NCBI GenBank assembly: GCA_964016885.1
Contig: OZ024747.1
Location: 47,554,001-47,618,000, forward strand
Reading direction: 5' to 3'
DNA length: 64,000 bases
Source: Eledone cirrhosa
Lineage: Eukaryota
In this document: in pieces, positions 1 to 14,495 of the stretch
Layout: every line of letters starts with the position of its first letter
How positions within the stretch are numbered: the first letter of the stretch is position 1
The notes under the pieces: generated by a model
What the model was told of the DNA's origin: nothing
Seen by the model: the letters and a program-made list of their open reading frames with translations, nothing else
Databases searched by the model: none
Position numbers and translations under genes: made by a program

Positions 1-415
1 TCCGACGCTCCACCGATACTGCCAATCAACTAACCTAGTTAGATTATAGATAACAAATTAATAAGTACTGTTAGATGTAGCTAATTAAGATCAATAGGGT
101 TAATAGGTTTAACAGAATAATAGAATGAGACTAAAATTAACATACAATAAATTGGGAAAGGTCTATATATTACAAACGAGGAAATTATGAATAGAAATTA
201 TGAGTAGTATAATTATTTAATGTACTCTGCAATTGGTTTTTGTATCACTACTCGGAGTTTCCACATATTTATGTTTTATGAAGCAAGATCATGCCAGGAC
301 ATATCCAGTTCTTTGGCTATTCTAGGTCATGTGTATACTAGGCCTACATTTTGTAGGTGAGTTTCAGTTTGAATATACTAATTCATGATAAAAAACGTAA
401 ATTCTCAGAATTTGC
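1..415. repeat. Diverged interspersed repeat, inverted partner of 6455-6971
   Basis: Blocks such as CTAACCTAGTTAGATTATAGATAACAAATTAATA and TGCAATTGGTTTTTGTATCACTACTCGGAGTTTCCACA recur reverse-complemented at 6780-6971 and 6455-6565; family not identified. Confidence 0.75.
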
Positions 416-941
416 TCTTAGAACGCTGTCCGTTTAAGAAGAGGTTAAAGGAAGATAACTCTCGACTTCTCTTAACTTAAAAATCAGCTTAACAATAAAC
501 CTATCACAGTGGGACTGCAGTAGTACTACAATTAAATGATTTGGCATTTTTTTTTCCTGAATTGGATCAATCTATAAATATTTAAGATATTTTTATCAAA
601 AAATGTTTGAAAAGGAAAAATTCTTTATTATCTTACCTTGTTTACATAACAAGTAGCAATGAAAAGGGAACAGAATAACGTGCATTGAAGATAGATATTC
701 AGTTTCTTAAATATCATGTTTATGTGTTGGAAACAAAGCTAGATTAAAAAAAAAATACTGAATTTTATTTAGGTAATAAATAAAATTAATAACGATCAAT
801 GAAAAAAATAATACTGTGCGTGTGTTTTAGAGATTGCTTTTGTCTTTTATCTATCAATTCTGTTTCTAATGAAATATTTACCAATCATTTCAACACAGTA
901 ATAGTGCTGTCTTTAGACATGGACTCAAGGAAATATAGTAA

Positions 942-1514
942 ATAATTATTTCTACTTTTGGCACAAGGCCAGAAATTATCCCAGTGCATTACCGGTGCTT
1001 TATTTTATCGACCCCATAAGGATGAAAAGTTAACCTCAGCGGGATTTGAACTCAGACCGTAAAGGGACATAACTCTATGCTGCAAAGCATGGCGTCCGAC
1101 TCTCTCCCAATAGTACCAATCCACCGCCACTATATAGTAAATAATTGTTTCTACTTTTGGCACAAGGCCAGCAATTATCCCAGTGCATTACTGGTACTTT
1201 ATTTTATCGACCCCGTAAGGATGTAACCAAAGTTAACCTCAGTGAGATTTGAACTCAGACCGTAAATGACCGTAACTCTATGCTGCAAAGCATAGCGTCC
1301 GACCCTCTACCGATACTGCCAATAATGCAATAATTGTTTCTACTTTAGGCACAAGGCCAGCAATTACCCAGTGCATTACTGGTACTTTATTTTATCGACC
1401 CCGTAAGGATGAAAGGCAAAGTCAACCTCGGCGGGATTTGAACTCAGATCGTAAAGGGACGTAACTATGCTGGAAAACATGGCGTCCGACCCTCTACCGA
1501 TACTGCCAATCCAC
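942..1514 (-). mobile_element. Three head-to-tail tRNA-derived SINE copies (~190 bp each)
   Basis: Each unit on the minus strand has an A-box-like TGGYASTATYGG, B-box GTTCAAATC, central CATCCTTAYGGGGTCGATAAAATAAAG and an AT-rich tail. Confidence 0.85.
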
Positions 1515-2289
1515 GCAATAATGGTAATATATAATAGATATAGTTTAAATATATTTTATAATTTTATACTGATATTGAATCTCTAGCCTTCATAAAATGT
1601 TGGCCAGTTACAAATATTTCTACTGGTTAAAGTAGATCAGTGTTATGAATAATTAATAATTCAAAAAATCAGTTTCCATCATATGGTTGAATAATTATTG
1701 TCAGATTATCAAATCAGACCAAGTAAACAATCTTTCAATTGCTCTTTCCATTGCTAATACTGTCTGCCAGTTACAACTACTGGCAGAAGAAGGTAGGATT
1801 TGAACTCAAAACACACAGCACTGGATCGGATATTGTCAATCATTCCATCTAACTTTAACATTTCTACCTATCCACCACCCTTGGGCTGGTACTTTATTTA
1901 TTAACATCAAAAGGATGAAAGGCAAACGTAGCCTCGGAACAAATATCAGCACATTTAATCCAATGATTCTACCAATTCACAAATAATAATAAAGATTTCT
2001 AACATTGGCAGAGAGCCATAAATTTAAAGAGTGAGCATAGCACAGTCAATTATATCAATCCCAACAGGTTGAAAGGTAAAGCAACAATGGCAGTGAAGAC
2101 AATTGTAATAATGATAATTATGATGATGATGATGATGATAATAAAAATGTGCTTACCTGCTATCAATTATTCTCAAACAAACTACCAACTGGCAGAATAT
2201 GATCCCATCAGGTAATATATTCATCTGCATGAAATGGAAATTTGATGCTCATTAACTTTCACTTGACCTCAAAATGTTTCTCCTCGTGT

Positions 2290-2920
2290 TGTAAAACATG
2301 CACAAACTTCTTACTTTCTGCTTTCCTCTTTATAAAGTGTATCTCGCACCTGGCTTCTCTTCTAGCTTCTTGACACTGTTCTCTGTTTCCTCATTTTACC
2401 AGTTTTTCCATACCTGTTTCTTAGCTTTGATCACCTCATCTACCTTACTATTCCACCACCCTCTCACCCTTCATTGCCCTGGGGCCTTGCACCAGCCACA
2501 GATCTTGTCTGTAGCTTTCAGCAAGTTATCCCACAAGAATCTCCACTGCTCTTCTACAATGCCAGTCTCTTCTTTACTGTCATAAGTGTCAAGCAGGGCA
2601 TCGATAAATTTCTCACTAGCATCCATGTTCTTTTCCAATTTTGTGTTCGCCTAGCTCTGATTCTAAAACCACTGATCTTTAAGTTATATTATGTGGTACA
2701 CTCCTCTTCAGAAAGAGACTTAGTGTCTGCAACCATCAATCTCCATTCCTAGAGAGAATAACATGTATCTGGTTTGTGTGCTTATCTGACTTATAGGTGA
2801 TCAAGTGGCTGGCTTGTTTTCTGAAGATCGTGTGGCAGATAGTCCAATCAATAGCCTCACAAAACTTGAACCCTACTCATTTCTCTTACCAAACCCAAAG
2901 CCTCTGAAGATAGTAGTTAA
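2290..2920 (-). pseudogene. Old degenerate RTE LINE fragment (endonuclease to linker region)
   Basis: Nucleotide similarity to the intact RTE at 23100-23780 (TTCCACCACC = WWWN, CCAGCCACAG = CGW, TATAGGTGATCAAGTG = HLITY); many stops. Confidence 0.6.
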
Positions 2921-3744
2921 TAAGATATAAATGAGAATGATAATATTTGTATTTGTGTATTGTGTATCAATAGAAGTCACCAGTGAAACAGTTTATAACA
3001 TAAAACGATGATGTATTGTCATCAATATAGTAGCATGTAATAGTAACCAGTTTAGAAGATAAGATAATGTTGACGACAATTTGTAGTTCGTTGTAACAGA
3101 ATTTATTAACAATGTTTAAGGTGAGAAGAGCTGTATTAAGCTTGGTTGGTTGGTTGATTGGCATGCCAAAAGAAGTGAACAAACAAATTAAGATCTGTAG
3201 CGCCAAAGGAAAGTAGCTTGCTACACCTCCCTGGAAGCCTTCAAAAGTGTATTCCAACACGCCCATCAAAATTATGAAATCCACCGTTATTTGTTAATGA
3301 GGCAATCAGCATGTAAGTCTCGAAAAAGTTGTCCTTCAGTCCCTCTACAAGTCCAGGTTGTGGTGCAAGAGAGATAATTGTCACTGGACTAAGCTTAATG
3401 AATCTATCATTCATTCTAACTGTCATACCTCAATAACCTCATCTATCTATTTTCCTACAATATACTTACTACCCCTATCCTGTAACTGTTGTCTGCTCAG
3501 AATATACCATGTATATATGTATATCCGTACCAAAACGTATGAATATAAAATTAAATCCGTTCTATACAAATAATATATATGGAAATTAATCTCTTCAGTT
3601 TATAGATTTTCAGTTTTATTTAAGAAACCCGAATAAAATGCAAATATGCTGAAAATATAGACGTCTTGAAATTACAAACACAAATACCGTAGCTGTTAAA
3701 ATTCAACACATTCACACAAATATCTTTATTACTTAATTACATAA

Positions 3745-4580
3745 CAGCTGGCTGTGGACAAGTGTACCACCATGCATTTTGGGAGGAAAAATCCAGCGTC
3801 CACATACTCCCTCCACAACACTGATATCAAGAAGTCCTCTTGTGAACGTGACCTGGGCATTACTGTCAGCAGTGATTTGCATGTCTCTAAGATTGTCAAG
3901 AAGGCCGAGGATGTCTTGGCATCACTCAGCAAGACCTTTGTTAGCCGCTCTCCAGCCATCTATTTAAGGCTGTATACAGCTATGGTACGACCACACTTGG
4001 AATTCGCATCATCAGTCTGGAACCCCTAGCTTGCTCAGAACATTGACCTCCTGGAAACTGTTCAGAGACGTGCAACCAAGCGCATACCCTCCATCAGACA
4101 CCTACCATACTCTGAATGCCTTGCTTCCGTGGGCATGGATTCATTGAAGCTCCGACGTCTGGCAATGAACTTGGTAAACACCCACAAAGTTATTAACCAT
4201 CTCGCCAACAACAACCCTGAGCACCTTTTTGATCTCCATGTGTCTAACACACGTGGACATGCCTACAAAATCAGAAAACAGCACAGCTCCCATGACTTTC
4301 GTAAACATTTTTTCACGCTCAGAGTTGCTGAAGCATGGAACAAACTGCCTGCGTCAGTTGTTAGCTGCCGAGACACTGCATCCTTTAAAACACTCATGCT
4401 TCCCGAAATACGCCAAAACTACACCTGATGTCCTCCTTCCATACACACATGTGTATATCATGACTCCTGCACTGTTCATTTTCCTGACGTTTGTACATTA
4501 CCCTATGTACTATACATACAGTTTTTGATGAGTTGTAGTGCACCTGAGCACTATACACAATATTTCATTATTATTATTAT
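3745..4580 (+). mobile_element. 5'-truncated CR1-clade LINE (RT C-terminus + 3' UTR)
   Basis: Peptides ERDLGITVSSDL, LYTAMVRPHLEFASSVWNP, RGHAYKI, FFTLRVAEAWNKLP typical of CR1 ORF2; in-frame stop at 4027-4029; 3' hairpin AGTGCACCTGAGCACT and (ATT)n tail. Confidence 0.9.
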
Positions 4581-4639
4581 AAATATTTCACATGAAAATA
4601 TAGAATAAAAATCAAAGAAAATATTAAGTCAAAACTAAG

Positions 4640-5200
4640 TGTGTCAACCGATCACACACAAGGGGTGCAGGAGCCTCCATCTAATACTTTTTGAGGCAAG
4701 CCAACACACTGGCAGTGTTGCCGTGTGTGATAGCGTGGCTAAGGTGCTGGAACAACCAAGCACCCTGATACTTCAGTAAGGCGAGCAGCCAACGATAACA
4801 AGAATTTCGTTGTCAGCGGCCCACTCATCCAAACCTCTCGAATACCACAGACTCGAAAAAATAGTTTGTCAATAACTTACGGTATTTTAAAATTATATTC
4901 GGCTACGAAAGAAGTAACCCGCACATTTACAGCAGCATCGAGGATGTGGGAAAGGCCGAAAGAGTCACTGACTGTAGTGCACCAAATGAGATATCTACCT
5001 CTTACCCAGGGACAAAGGGTAAGACCGTCTGGTCAACTCTGGACAATCCAGCAGGCTCCATAATTGACGGATATTTATCTAGGCAAGGGCTCGCTTAATA
5101 ATTTAAGTTTAGCTCGGTATTACGACCGAAACGACGTGCATTCAGGCGACATGATAAACAATGAAAAGAACTGCCAGGAGTTTTTAATTAGTAAATGGAA
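4640..5200. repeat. Unclassified interspersed repeat (possibly a LINE 3' UTR)
   Basis: Shared blocks (GGCTAAGG..AACAACCA.GCACCC, GAATACCACAG, GAGTCACTGACTGT, CTTACCCAGGGACAAAGGGTAAG) recur at 7600-8270, 8540-8700, 18310-18440 and inverted at 18960-19190. Confidence 0.6.
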
Positions 5201-6579
5201 TAAAAATGAAAAGATAATTTGTTTTAGGCAGGAACCGAATAAGCTAAGATAGTATTGTCAACTTGAGTGTGCTAAACTAACTCACACTCATGAAACATTT
5301 AGGTCATTAAGGTCTGAAACAACTTAAACGTCAAATTAAATAATTTAACATAAACTTTATTTGTTTATTATTGTTATTATTTTCGTTAATGAAATCCATT
5401 CCTGGTTTTAGAATATACTTCAGAAGTTTCTTTTTGCCAACATAATCAAGGGACGAAAATCTGCATCTAAATGTGTATTTCATTTTTTTTTCATTTAGAA
5501 ATAATTTTTTAAAAACTAGTTTGAGGTTGTAAACATACAAACAAAAGCCATGTAATCGAGTGGGCCATAAACACATCTATAGAAGAAAAAAAATATTCTA
5601 AAACAAATATTAAGCATTACTTACCAAGAATTTCATAAAATTTTAATTTAAAATGAATTTGATTTAGTTTACTAGCATTAAGTGACAAACTAGTCGTTTC
5701 AAAATATTGAATACGAAACTAAATAGCTAGCTAATAATGTTGATTTGAACTGTATTAAGTATTATTTACAATCGAAGGGGGAAAATCCTCATTGATTCGT
5801 GCTTAGTATTAGATAGACTTAGAATATATATAGAGAGAATATATATATATATTAAAATTAAATTAGAAAAAAATAATTCTGGGGAGACTAATTAACCTTT
5901 AATTAATATGTATATATTTCATTGCATTATATTGAGTTTTGATTTCGCATGACTGCATCTTAACGGAACGTTTATTTACTCACCCATATCTTTACAATGT
6001 TCACTCCATAAAAATTAATTTATTCAAAAGGTAATTTTGTCAACGTCATCAATAAATTTAGTTTTGTTTCAATATCTTATGAATGTATTGATGTAATATA
6101 AAGCTTAACTTGTCCCGTGCAAGTACACTAATGTTAATGTTTTGTTGGAGTTTTTTGTGGTTATCCTGATGAAGTCAATATTTCGTGTCTTTTATTATCT
6201 ATATTGAGATGTACACAATTGCTTTAATTATATAAACTGTATTTATGTCCTAAAATAACAGTAGCTATTCTATACTACCACGTCCTTTATGTATACATCT
6301 AAAGTCCGGCTTAGTTTGCCTAACGCCAACTATTAAAGTTGTTTCAGTAAATTGGCAGTATTGGTGGAGTGACGGATAACATACTTTATGATCTTAGAGT
6401 TACAGCCCTTTATAATCTGAGTTCAAATCCCGCTAAGGCTAACTTTGCCTTTCATTGTAAATTCTCCTGAGAATTTATGTTTTTTTGTCATGAATTAGTA
6501 TCTTCAAACTGAAACTCACCTACAAAATGTAGGCCTAGAATAGCCAAAAAACTGGATATGTTCTGATAATTTCATTATT

Positions 6580-6770
6580 GTGGATTGGCAGTATCGGTAG
6601 AGGGTCGGACGCCATGCTTTCCAGCATAGTTACGTCCCTTTACGATCTGAGTTCAAATCCCGCCGAGGTTGACTTTGCCTTTCATCCTTACGGGGTCGAT
6701 AAAATAAAGTACCAGTAATGAACTGGTGATTGCTGGCCTTGTGCCTAAAGTAGAAACAATTATTATTATT
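6580..6770 (+). mobile_element. tRNA-derived SINE inserted into the 6455-6971 repeat
   Basis: A box TGGCAGTATCGG, B box GTTCAAATCC, (TAT)n tail; splits sequence that is contiguous in the copy at 1-415. Confidence 0.85.
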
Positions 6771-7124
6771 ATTATGATATTGCTTCATAAAACATAAATA
6801 TGTGGAAACTCCGAGTAGTGATACAAAAACCAATTGCAGAGTCTCATCCTATTATTCTGTTGAACCTATTAACCCTATTGATCATAATTAGCTACATTTA
6901 ACAGTAGTTATTAATTTGTTATCTATAATCTAACTAGGTTAGTTGATTGGCAGTATTGGTGGAGCGTCGGACAATATGCTTTAGGGCATAGAGTTACATC
7001 CCTTTACAATTAGAGTTCAAACTCCGCCGAGGCTAACTTTGCCTTTCATCCTTGGGTAGATGAAATCGACTTTTCCCTCTCCCAAAGTTGTTCGCTTTGT
7101 GCCTAAATCAGAAATCAATATTAA

Positions 7125-7334
7125 CCCATTAGCATTTACATTACTCTATATATACTATTATATTTCCACGGTAAAGGCTTTGTCTTACATAATTATATCG
7201 AATCTATGAGATGTTGATATTATTTATTTTGAGACAATACTTTAACATAAGTACGAGCAGCTAGTTATGGCCAGTTTGAACAGAAAGAGATGAGAGAATT
7301 CTGGCCGAATACAGCCAGTTTAAATGCTAAAGGG
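7125..7334. mobile_element. piggyBac-type MITE (~210 bp)
   Basis: TTAA on both sides (7121-7124, 7335-7338), TIR CCCWTTAGCATTTA. Confidence 0.8.
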
Positions 7335-8281
7335 TTAAAGAAGTATAACTTTTTTTGTTACTGTTAAGTAGTCCATGTCAACACTTACCAAGCATATGAA
7401 TCTGGGGACAATCGACCAAAAAACTAGACACTATATACATTAGAAGATTTAATGCAAATATAACTACAGTTTTGAATATAGACACATATAATATATACAA
7501 TACTTAATAAATTGTTCACAATTCTTTCAGAAAAACAATACAAATATAATGTTGTTGATGAACTCAAATATAAATGCATAAAAGAGAGAGAAAAAGGGGG
7601 GTGGAAGCAAAAACAAAAAAAAAACGAAAACTACCATCAATTCACCAAGTGTGACAATCGCCCACACATGATAAGAGTCATTGGAACACACTCGCAACAT
7701 TACCATGGTTGATGGTGAGGCTAAGGCGCAGAAACAACCAGGCACCCTCACATGTATCACCTAACACCCCAGTAAGGCAAACCACCAGCGATGACAAGAA
7801 CTTCGCTGTCAGCATCCCAATTCCACCAAACATCTCGAATACCACAGGCTGGAAAAAATAATTGTTTGACAGTTCCTGGCATTTCCAAATGTTATTACAT
7901 TTGGCAGCAGAAGCAGTGACCCCACCACATTTACCACAGTTTCCATGATGTGGGAGGGAGCAAAAGAGTCACTGACTGTGGCACCCCAGATGAGACACTT
8001 AACTCTTACCCAGGGACAAAGGGTAAGGCTGTCTGGTCTCTTCCCATCACTTCTGGATAATCCAACCAGCTCCAGAACTGAGGGGATATTTATCCGAGCC
8101 AGGGCCTATTTAATGATCAGGTTTAGCTCGGTGTGGTAGGCGAAATGACCAGCATTTGGGCAGCAGGACAAACCATGTAGGCCTGTGTAGTTGAGAGACC
8201 TACTGCAGCGACATCACAGACCCTAACAGACATCAGCTCCCACTGAAAGTGAAATGGAGGTTGGTGGGGGTGTCTTTCTAT

Positions 8282-8468
8282 AATAATTGTTTCTACTTTT
8301 GGCACAAGGCCAGCAATTACCCAGTGTATTACTGGTACTTTATGTTATCGACCCCGTAAGGATGAAAGGCAAAGTTAACCTTGGCGGGATTTGAACTCAG
8401 AATGGAAAGGGCCATAACTCTTTGCATCAAAGCATGGCATCCGACCCTCTACCGATACTGCCAATCCT
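8282..8468 (-). mobile_element. tRNA-derived SINE (same family as 942-1514)
   Basis: Same A/B boxes and central block; further copies at 20545-20730 (-), 57220-57405 (-), 58057-58270 (+). Confidence 0.8.
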
Positions 8469-9954
8469 TCAATGTAATTTACCAATAAGTCATAGTATTT
8501 CAGTTGTTTATTTCATTCAGTTATGGACAAGTACCCTCCCCCCCTCCTCACACACTTCTAGGATGTGTGAAGAAGCAAAAGAGTTGTTGACAGTAGCATC
8601 ACATACAAGGCATCTGCCTCTAACACAAGAACAAACAGCAAGAACATTGAGCCTCTTCCTATCAACCCTGGATAATCTAGCCCGACTCTAGAATTTAGAT
8701 GATACAAGACTGGTTAGCATCTTGCAGTTTTACAGTAAAGATTTTAATGTGATACAGTCATTTATTTTTTCTTTGAAAATAATACTGTATTGTGGTGCCC
8801 CAGCATGGCATCTGCCTCTCAGCTGGATTACATAATAGAGTACTGTACAAAGATGTTAATTAATACCTAACATCATGTAATGAATAAGTTTTATGATTAG
8901 GTTCAACTCAGTGTGGCAAGTGAAGCTGTAATGAAATTCAACACTAGATGAGAGTTTTCCATTGTTTTGACCCATTTGGCATATTAACCTTGGCAAATTA
9001 ATAAATGAATAAGGGTTTACCTTTGTTTGTAAAGGTTAACCTTATATAAAGTCCAAGTCTACAACTAACTTAGACAGACATGCACACTCACTCACTCAGC
9101 TTTGTCTATGTGCTGGCAAAGCCCAGCATACCTAAATCAATGACAGTTTGTAAATTTACAATTTCAGTTCATTTCTCACACAATTAACAATGATCTAACA
9201 TCACACATCCTTACCACACTATCAAAAGCATACTTTACATTCCTTCAAACCTTTCTTCTTGTTTCCTTATTTACCTTATTTTGTCGTAAATCATGCCTCA
9301 AAATAAAAAAGATATTAATTTAGCGGGTTTTGTTGTTCCTTTGAAACTTTCTACCAAGTAATTGCTTAACTACAACAGGCTCAGTTATTACTATGTGACA
9401 CTGTTCCAACACAACTGTTGCCTTACTACACATTTACAGATAGGTCATTTTTTTTTTTTTAGAGATCAATCTCACAGAAATAGAAACTGGTTACACGGTT
9501 ACATAACTCACTTCATCAACTTCATCACTCCTACTACAATAGAGAACAGCGAATCTCATTTATCACCCGCTAAAATATAACTTGCATTTAGTAAACATGA
9601 CAATCCATGAAAATGTTCAGAATCAAAAGGCTTGCAACATTGACATTTCAAACACCCACAGACATAGGTCTCAGTTCTTAAAAGCAATGGAGATGCAGAT
9701 GTTAGCCACCGATGTTTGCTACAGCCAAAAAAAAAAAAGAGATTGCTGCTGTTGATCAAAAATAGGGTAAACAAAAATGTTGTCATCCATGTATAAAAAT
9801 TTTGAAAAACTTTATCCTATTAATAACAAGACATATTACTGTTTAAACTTAGAGCAACAGTCAGAATTGATCATGAGTAGAAGTGATGAAATGAATAAAA
9901 AGAATTTAAAAAATAAAGCAACAAAAGAAAGGGGAAAGGCAAGGAGGGACAGAC

Positions 9955-10080
9955 TCTACACCCTAGATTGAGTGGTGTTTCAGCTAACAAAATGACAAAG
10001 GTATTACCACGGAAAATGGCTAGCGACACCTGCTGCAACAGCCATCCCACTCTACGGGGCTCCTTCCTCAGGCAGTTAAA
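9955..10080 (-). pseudogene. Probable CRE-clade LINE 3' remnant (restriction-like endonuclease C-terminus)
   Basis: Minus-strand peptide KEPRRVGWLLQQVSLAIFRGNTFVIL resembles the L-x-Q-R-L-S-x-A-I-x-R-G-N-A C-terminal motif of CRE elements; short match only. Confidence 0.5.
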
Positions 10081-10119
10081 ACTCTTAAAGACAGAATAAG
10101 GAATTGGCCATTCACTTAA

Positions 10120-10303
10120 CCCTTTAGCATTTAAACCAACCGTATCCAGCCAGAATTCTCTCACTCTTTCTGCTCAAACTGGCCATGTTAAGGTAATGTT
10201 CTCAAAATGAATAATATCAAAATCTCATAGATTCGATATGTGAAATAAAGCCTTTAATGTGAAAATACAATAGTATATATAGAGTAATGTAAATGCTAGC
10301 GAG
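10120..10303. mobile_element. piggyBac-type MITE copy
   Basis: TTAA at 10116-10119 and 10304-10307, TIR CCCTTTAGCATTTA; opposite orientation to 7125-7334. Confidence 0.75.
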
Positions 10304-12143
10304 TTAAGTGTCTTCCCCCTATTTCATAGCATCTTTGCACATGAGCATACTCTTTATATTAACTGTATCCCCTCAGTGCTTCTTAAATGTCTGAGAAATT
10401 GGCTTTCTATACAGAATGTTTGCTGACTATTTAATTATTTTTATCTTCAAGTCTCAACACAGCTCTCAATATTTGTTTTTACAATGGCAATTTTAAATTT
10501 TAAAACTAATATACTGAACTCAAAATATCTGCCCCTTTTCACTCCACTCAATCTTGTTCATTAGATCCTGAAAATAATATATTTTAAGTTTGTAATCCTT
10601 CCATCCTATGCAAACAAATAAAAACAAAGATTAAAATATGATAACAATGGCTAGGTACTTTACTGTTATCAATATTATTATCAATGACTTTTTAACTTTG
10701 CACGCAAATACTAGCAATCAGTTTAAGATAGAATGTTTCGTTATACCATACTGATTACCCACTTGTGCTTAATAATTAGTCTTTGATTTATATTAAAGAG
10801 ATAGATGATAACATGATGTTTCCTCGTTATACATAGAAAAATTATTTTTTTGTTAGTTAGCTCAAGCAGGTTAAAAGATTGATTACTTTGCAGAATAATG
10901 TTGAAAGGTAAATTCTGTTTTATATAAATATTTTATTAATATTTACATTCAATATTTTATTTTATGCCAAACTTTGGCATAAGAATGGTATATAAAGTAG
11001 AAAACAAGGTTTTAAATATCGAAAAAAAAAAATTGTTTTATATACCTTTTTATCATCATCATTATCATTGTCGTTTAACGTCCACTTTCCACCCTAGCAT
11101 GGGTTAGACTATTTACTTTTAATTTGTTTTTATATTGACCTTAAATCCTTGTCCTGAAAATTTAGCCAATTATCTTCTTTCCACACTACACTTTGTATAC
11201 ACCATAATTCCAGTAAAGAAAGTAGTATCTATTTTTAACTCTTCTATTCATTTAACCATAGACAGTGAATTGGCAAAGTTGTTAGAATCTCAGATAGAAT
11301 GCTTTGTGGTATTCATTTCAGCTCTCTCCTCTCTGAGTTCAAATCCTGCTGATATCAACTTTGCCTTTCATCCATTCGAAGTCAATAAAAAAAGTGGTCG
11401 ATTCTTCCTCTATATCTCCTTCTCACTTCCATTCTCTCATTCTCTCTGTCTCTGTTACAGTACTGCTAAAGTCAGATTCCTTTTTTATTGCATTACATAT
11501 TTAATTAATTTTGATTAATTTCAATTTTATGATTATCTCCTGGCCTTTTTCCACCAGATTTATTCATTTTGAAAATCATTTTTCTTGCTACAAAGGTTGT
11601 AATTTCAATAATTAACATTTTTTAAATTATTTCAATACTAAATTTCATACATTAATTTTCTAAAGTTACTACACCATGCAATCTTCATTCAAGACAAAAA
11701 CTTGTTCTAGGATCTAGGTATCACGGTTAAACTGTACTTCATAGATGAAGTCTTATAAGACTTGAACATGTCCAGTGTGGCAACCATAAGGCTGAAAAAA
11801 AAGCACCATTTCTCATTGTATTCCATATTTAATTAATTAGAGTTCCTAGTTATTTCATCTGTATTTTCAGCCAGAATTCATTATTTAAAAAATGATTGTT
11901 ATCACAAAAATTAAAGTAATTTTTCCTGTCATTCTTATAAGTTACTAGACTACTCGTGACCCGTTGGGTCACATTCATTTCAAAATATTTTTTTAAAATC
12001 ATGTTCACTTAAAAATAATTTTTAAATAATTAAAATATACACAGACATGTATATAATGTGAAATGAAGCTGGAAGACTCATATATATACATGTGTGTATG
12101 GAAATATATAAATGTGTGTGTGTGAATATATATATATATATAT

Positions 12144-14212
12144 ATGAAGACGGGTAAGGCGGCTGGGCCTTCGGAAATAGTTGCTGAGATGCTGAAGGCA
12201 TCTGGCACGGTGGGACACACCATGGTCACCCGCATAGTTAACCAAGTCGTACAGAATGGGGTTGTTCCGAAGGACTGGCATAGCAGCATCATCGTTAACT
12301 GTTATAAGGGTAAAGGAGACGCCCTAGATAGGAGTAACTATAGAGGCATTAAATTAATCGACCAGGTCATGAAGGTCACGGAAAAAGTAATAGCACAACT
12401 AATCAGAGAGAGAATTGACCTAGATGAAATGCAGTTCGGGTTTGTGTCAGGCAAAAGTACCACAGACGCTCTTTTCATAGTACGGCAACTACAGGAGAAG
12501 TACCTAGCTAAAGGTAAACCCCTCTACTTAGCTTTTGTCGACTTGGAGAAAGCCTTCAACAGAGTCCCCCGCTCCATTATCTGGTGGGCTCTTAGAAAAC
12601 TAGGCGTTGACGAATGGCTTGTGAGGGCTATACAAGCCATGTATAAAGAAAGAGTCAGCAAGGTTAGAATTAACAACGAATATAGTGAAGAGTTTAGCGT
12701 AAAAGTTGGCGTCCATCAGGGCTCTGTTCTCAGCCCCCTACTATTTATTATTGCCCTTCAGGCTATAACAGAGAAGTTCAAGACAGGCTGCCCATGGGAA
12801 CTCCTATACGCAGACGACCTGACACTCATAGCGGAATCAATGGCCGAGCTAGAGAAGAAATTCCAAACATGGAAGCACGGCCTAGAGTCAAAAGGACTTA
12901 AAATTAACCTGGCTAAGACCAAAGTTCTAGTTTGTAGGAAAGAAAATAAGGCGGCGGTCCCTTCTGGGAAATGGTCGTGCTCGGTGTGTAGGAAAGGCGT
13001 AGGTAGAAACTCCATTTTATGTCCTAAATGCAAAGTATGGGTGCATAAAAGATGTAGTGGGATCACAGGTAAGCTAACTAAGAACATAGATTTTACATGT
13101 GGCCGGTGTTCTGGTGCAATAAGTAGCAGCAAGTGCCCACAAAATACTAGCTCTTTCAATTGCGCAGAGGGTTCTATAGAAATAGTGGACAGCTTCCGTT
13201 ACCTGGGCGATAAAATCAGCAGTGGGGGAGGGTGCTCTGAAAGTACTGTAGCTAGAGTCAGAACTGGTTGGAAAAAGTTCAGAGAGCTTATACCACTATT
13301 AGCTGCTAAAGGGTTCTCCCTAAAAATGAAAGGCAGGTTGTACGATGCCTGCATACGAACAGCAATGTTGCATGGCAGTGAGACCTGGGCATTGTGTGCA
13401 GAGGATATACGCAGACTAGAGAGGAACGAAGCTTGCATGCTCCGCTGGATGTGTAACAGTAATATACGTGAACGGCAAAGCATAAACGAACTAAGGAAAA
13501 AATTAGAGATAAGAGGGATCAGATGTTGTTTACTCGAGAGAAGGTTACGTTGGTATGGACACGTGATGCGCATGAAAGTCGATAGCTGTATAACAAAGTG
13601 CAGGGCAATAAAGATAGACGGTAGCCACGGAATAGGCAGACCTAGAAAAACCTGGGACGAGCTGATAAACTCCGACCTCACACACTTACACCTCTCCAAG
13701 ACAATGTCACTGGACCGAGACCTTTGGCGGTACTCAGTAACAGAGAAGACCTGCCTTACCACCGAGACCTTTGGCGGTACTCAGTAACAGAGAAGACCCG
13801 CCTTACCTAAATATATAGTAAAACCTACTCCAGCCAGTAGGCATCTCTAACAAAATACACCCCGTCCCACCACCACCACCCCCACCCCATCCACACCACC
13901 CCGTTCTATGTAAAGTTATGTTAGTGCCGCGCCATCCAGGCCGAAACAAATGAGATCGTGTAGGTGTCACGACAAAAAAACACACAGTCCACGCTGTAAT
14001 GTGGCCGTGTAGGCAACACGGTAAAAACCTCCCAGACCCACACTGTAAATGTGGTTGGTGTTAGGAAGGGCATCCAACTGTAGAAAACCTGCCAGACAGT
14101 CCTATGCGAGCAAGACAATCACTCTTGCCTCAAGTGGGACTACCCCCGTCCAGACCCATGCAAGCGTGGAACACGGACGTTAAACGTTGATGATGATGAT
14201 GATGATGATGAT
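12144..14212 (+). mobile_element. 5'-truncated young RTE LINE copy (RT + PHD), inserted in (TA)n
   Basis: ORF 12144-13787 with QGSVLSP and YADD RT motifs; about 8 aa differences from the intact copy; (GAT)n tail; 47-bp internal duplication at the ORF end. Confidence 0.95.
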
Positions 14213-14495
14213 ATGTATGTGTGTGTATATGTATATGTATATATGTGGGTGTCTGTGATCTATATACACTGGTCATAGACACACACACACATATACACAC
14301 ATATATATATATATACACACACACTCATATATATATATATATAGTAATAATTGTTTCTACTTTAGGCACAAGGCCAGCAATTACCCAGTGCATTACTGGT
14401 AGTAATAATAATAAATTTGAAGACTAAAATCCAAAGAGGGCTCGATAAGGATAAATATATATCAGATATATAAGAACCGTAGAGCAAATATTTAT

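Noticed and set aside
2150-3450. Exons of a minus-strand gene (donor-like sites near 635, 2156, 5624; ORFs 2967-3426)
   Set aside because: Could not assemble a phase-consistent recognisable protein; UTR exons cannot be excluded
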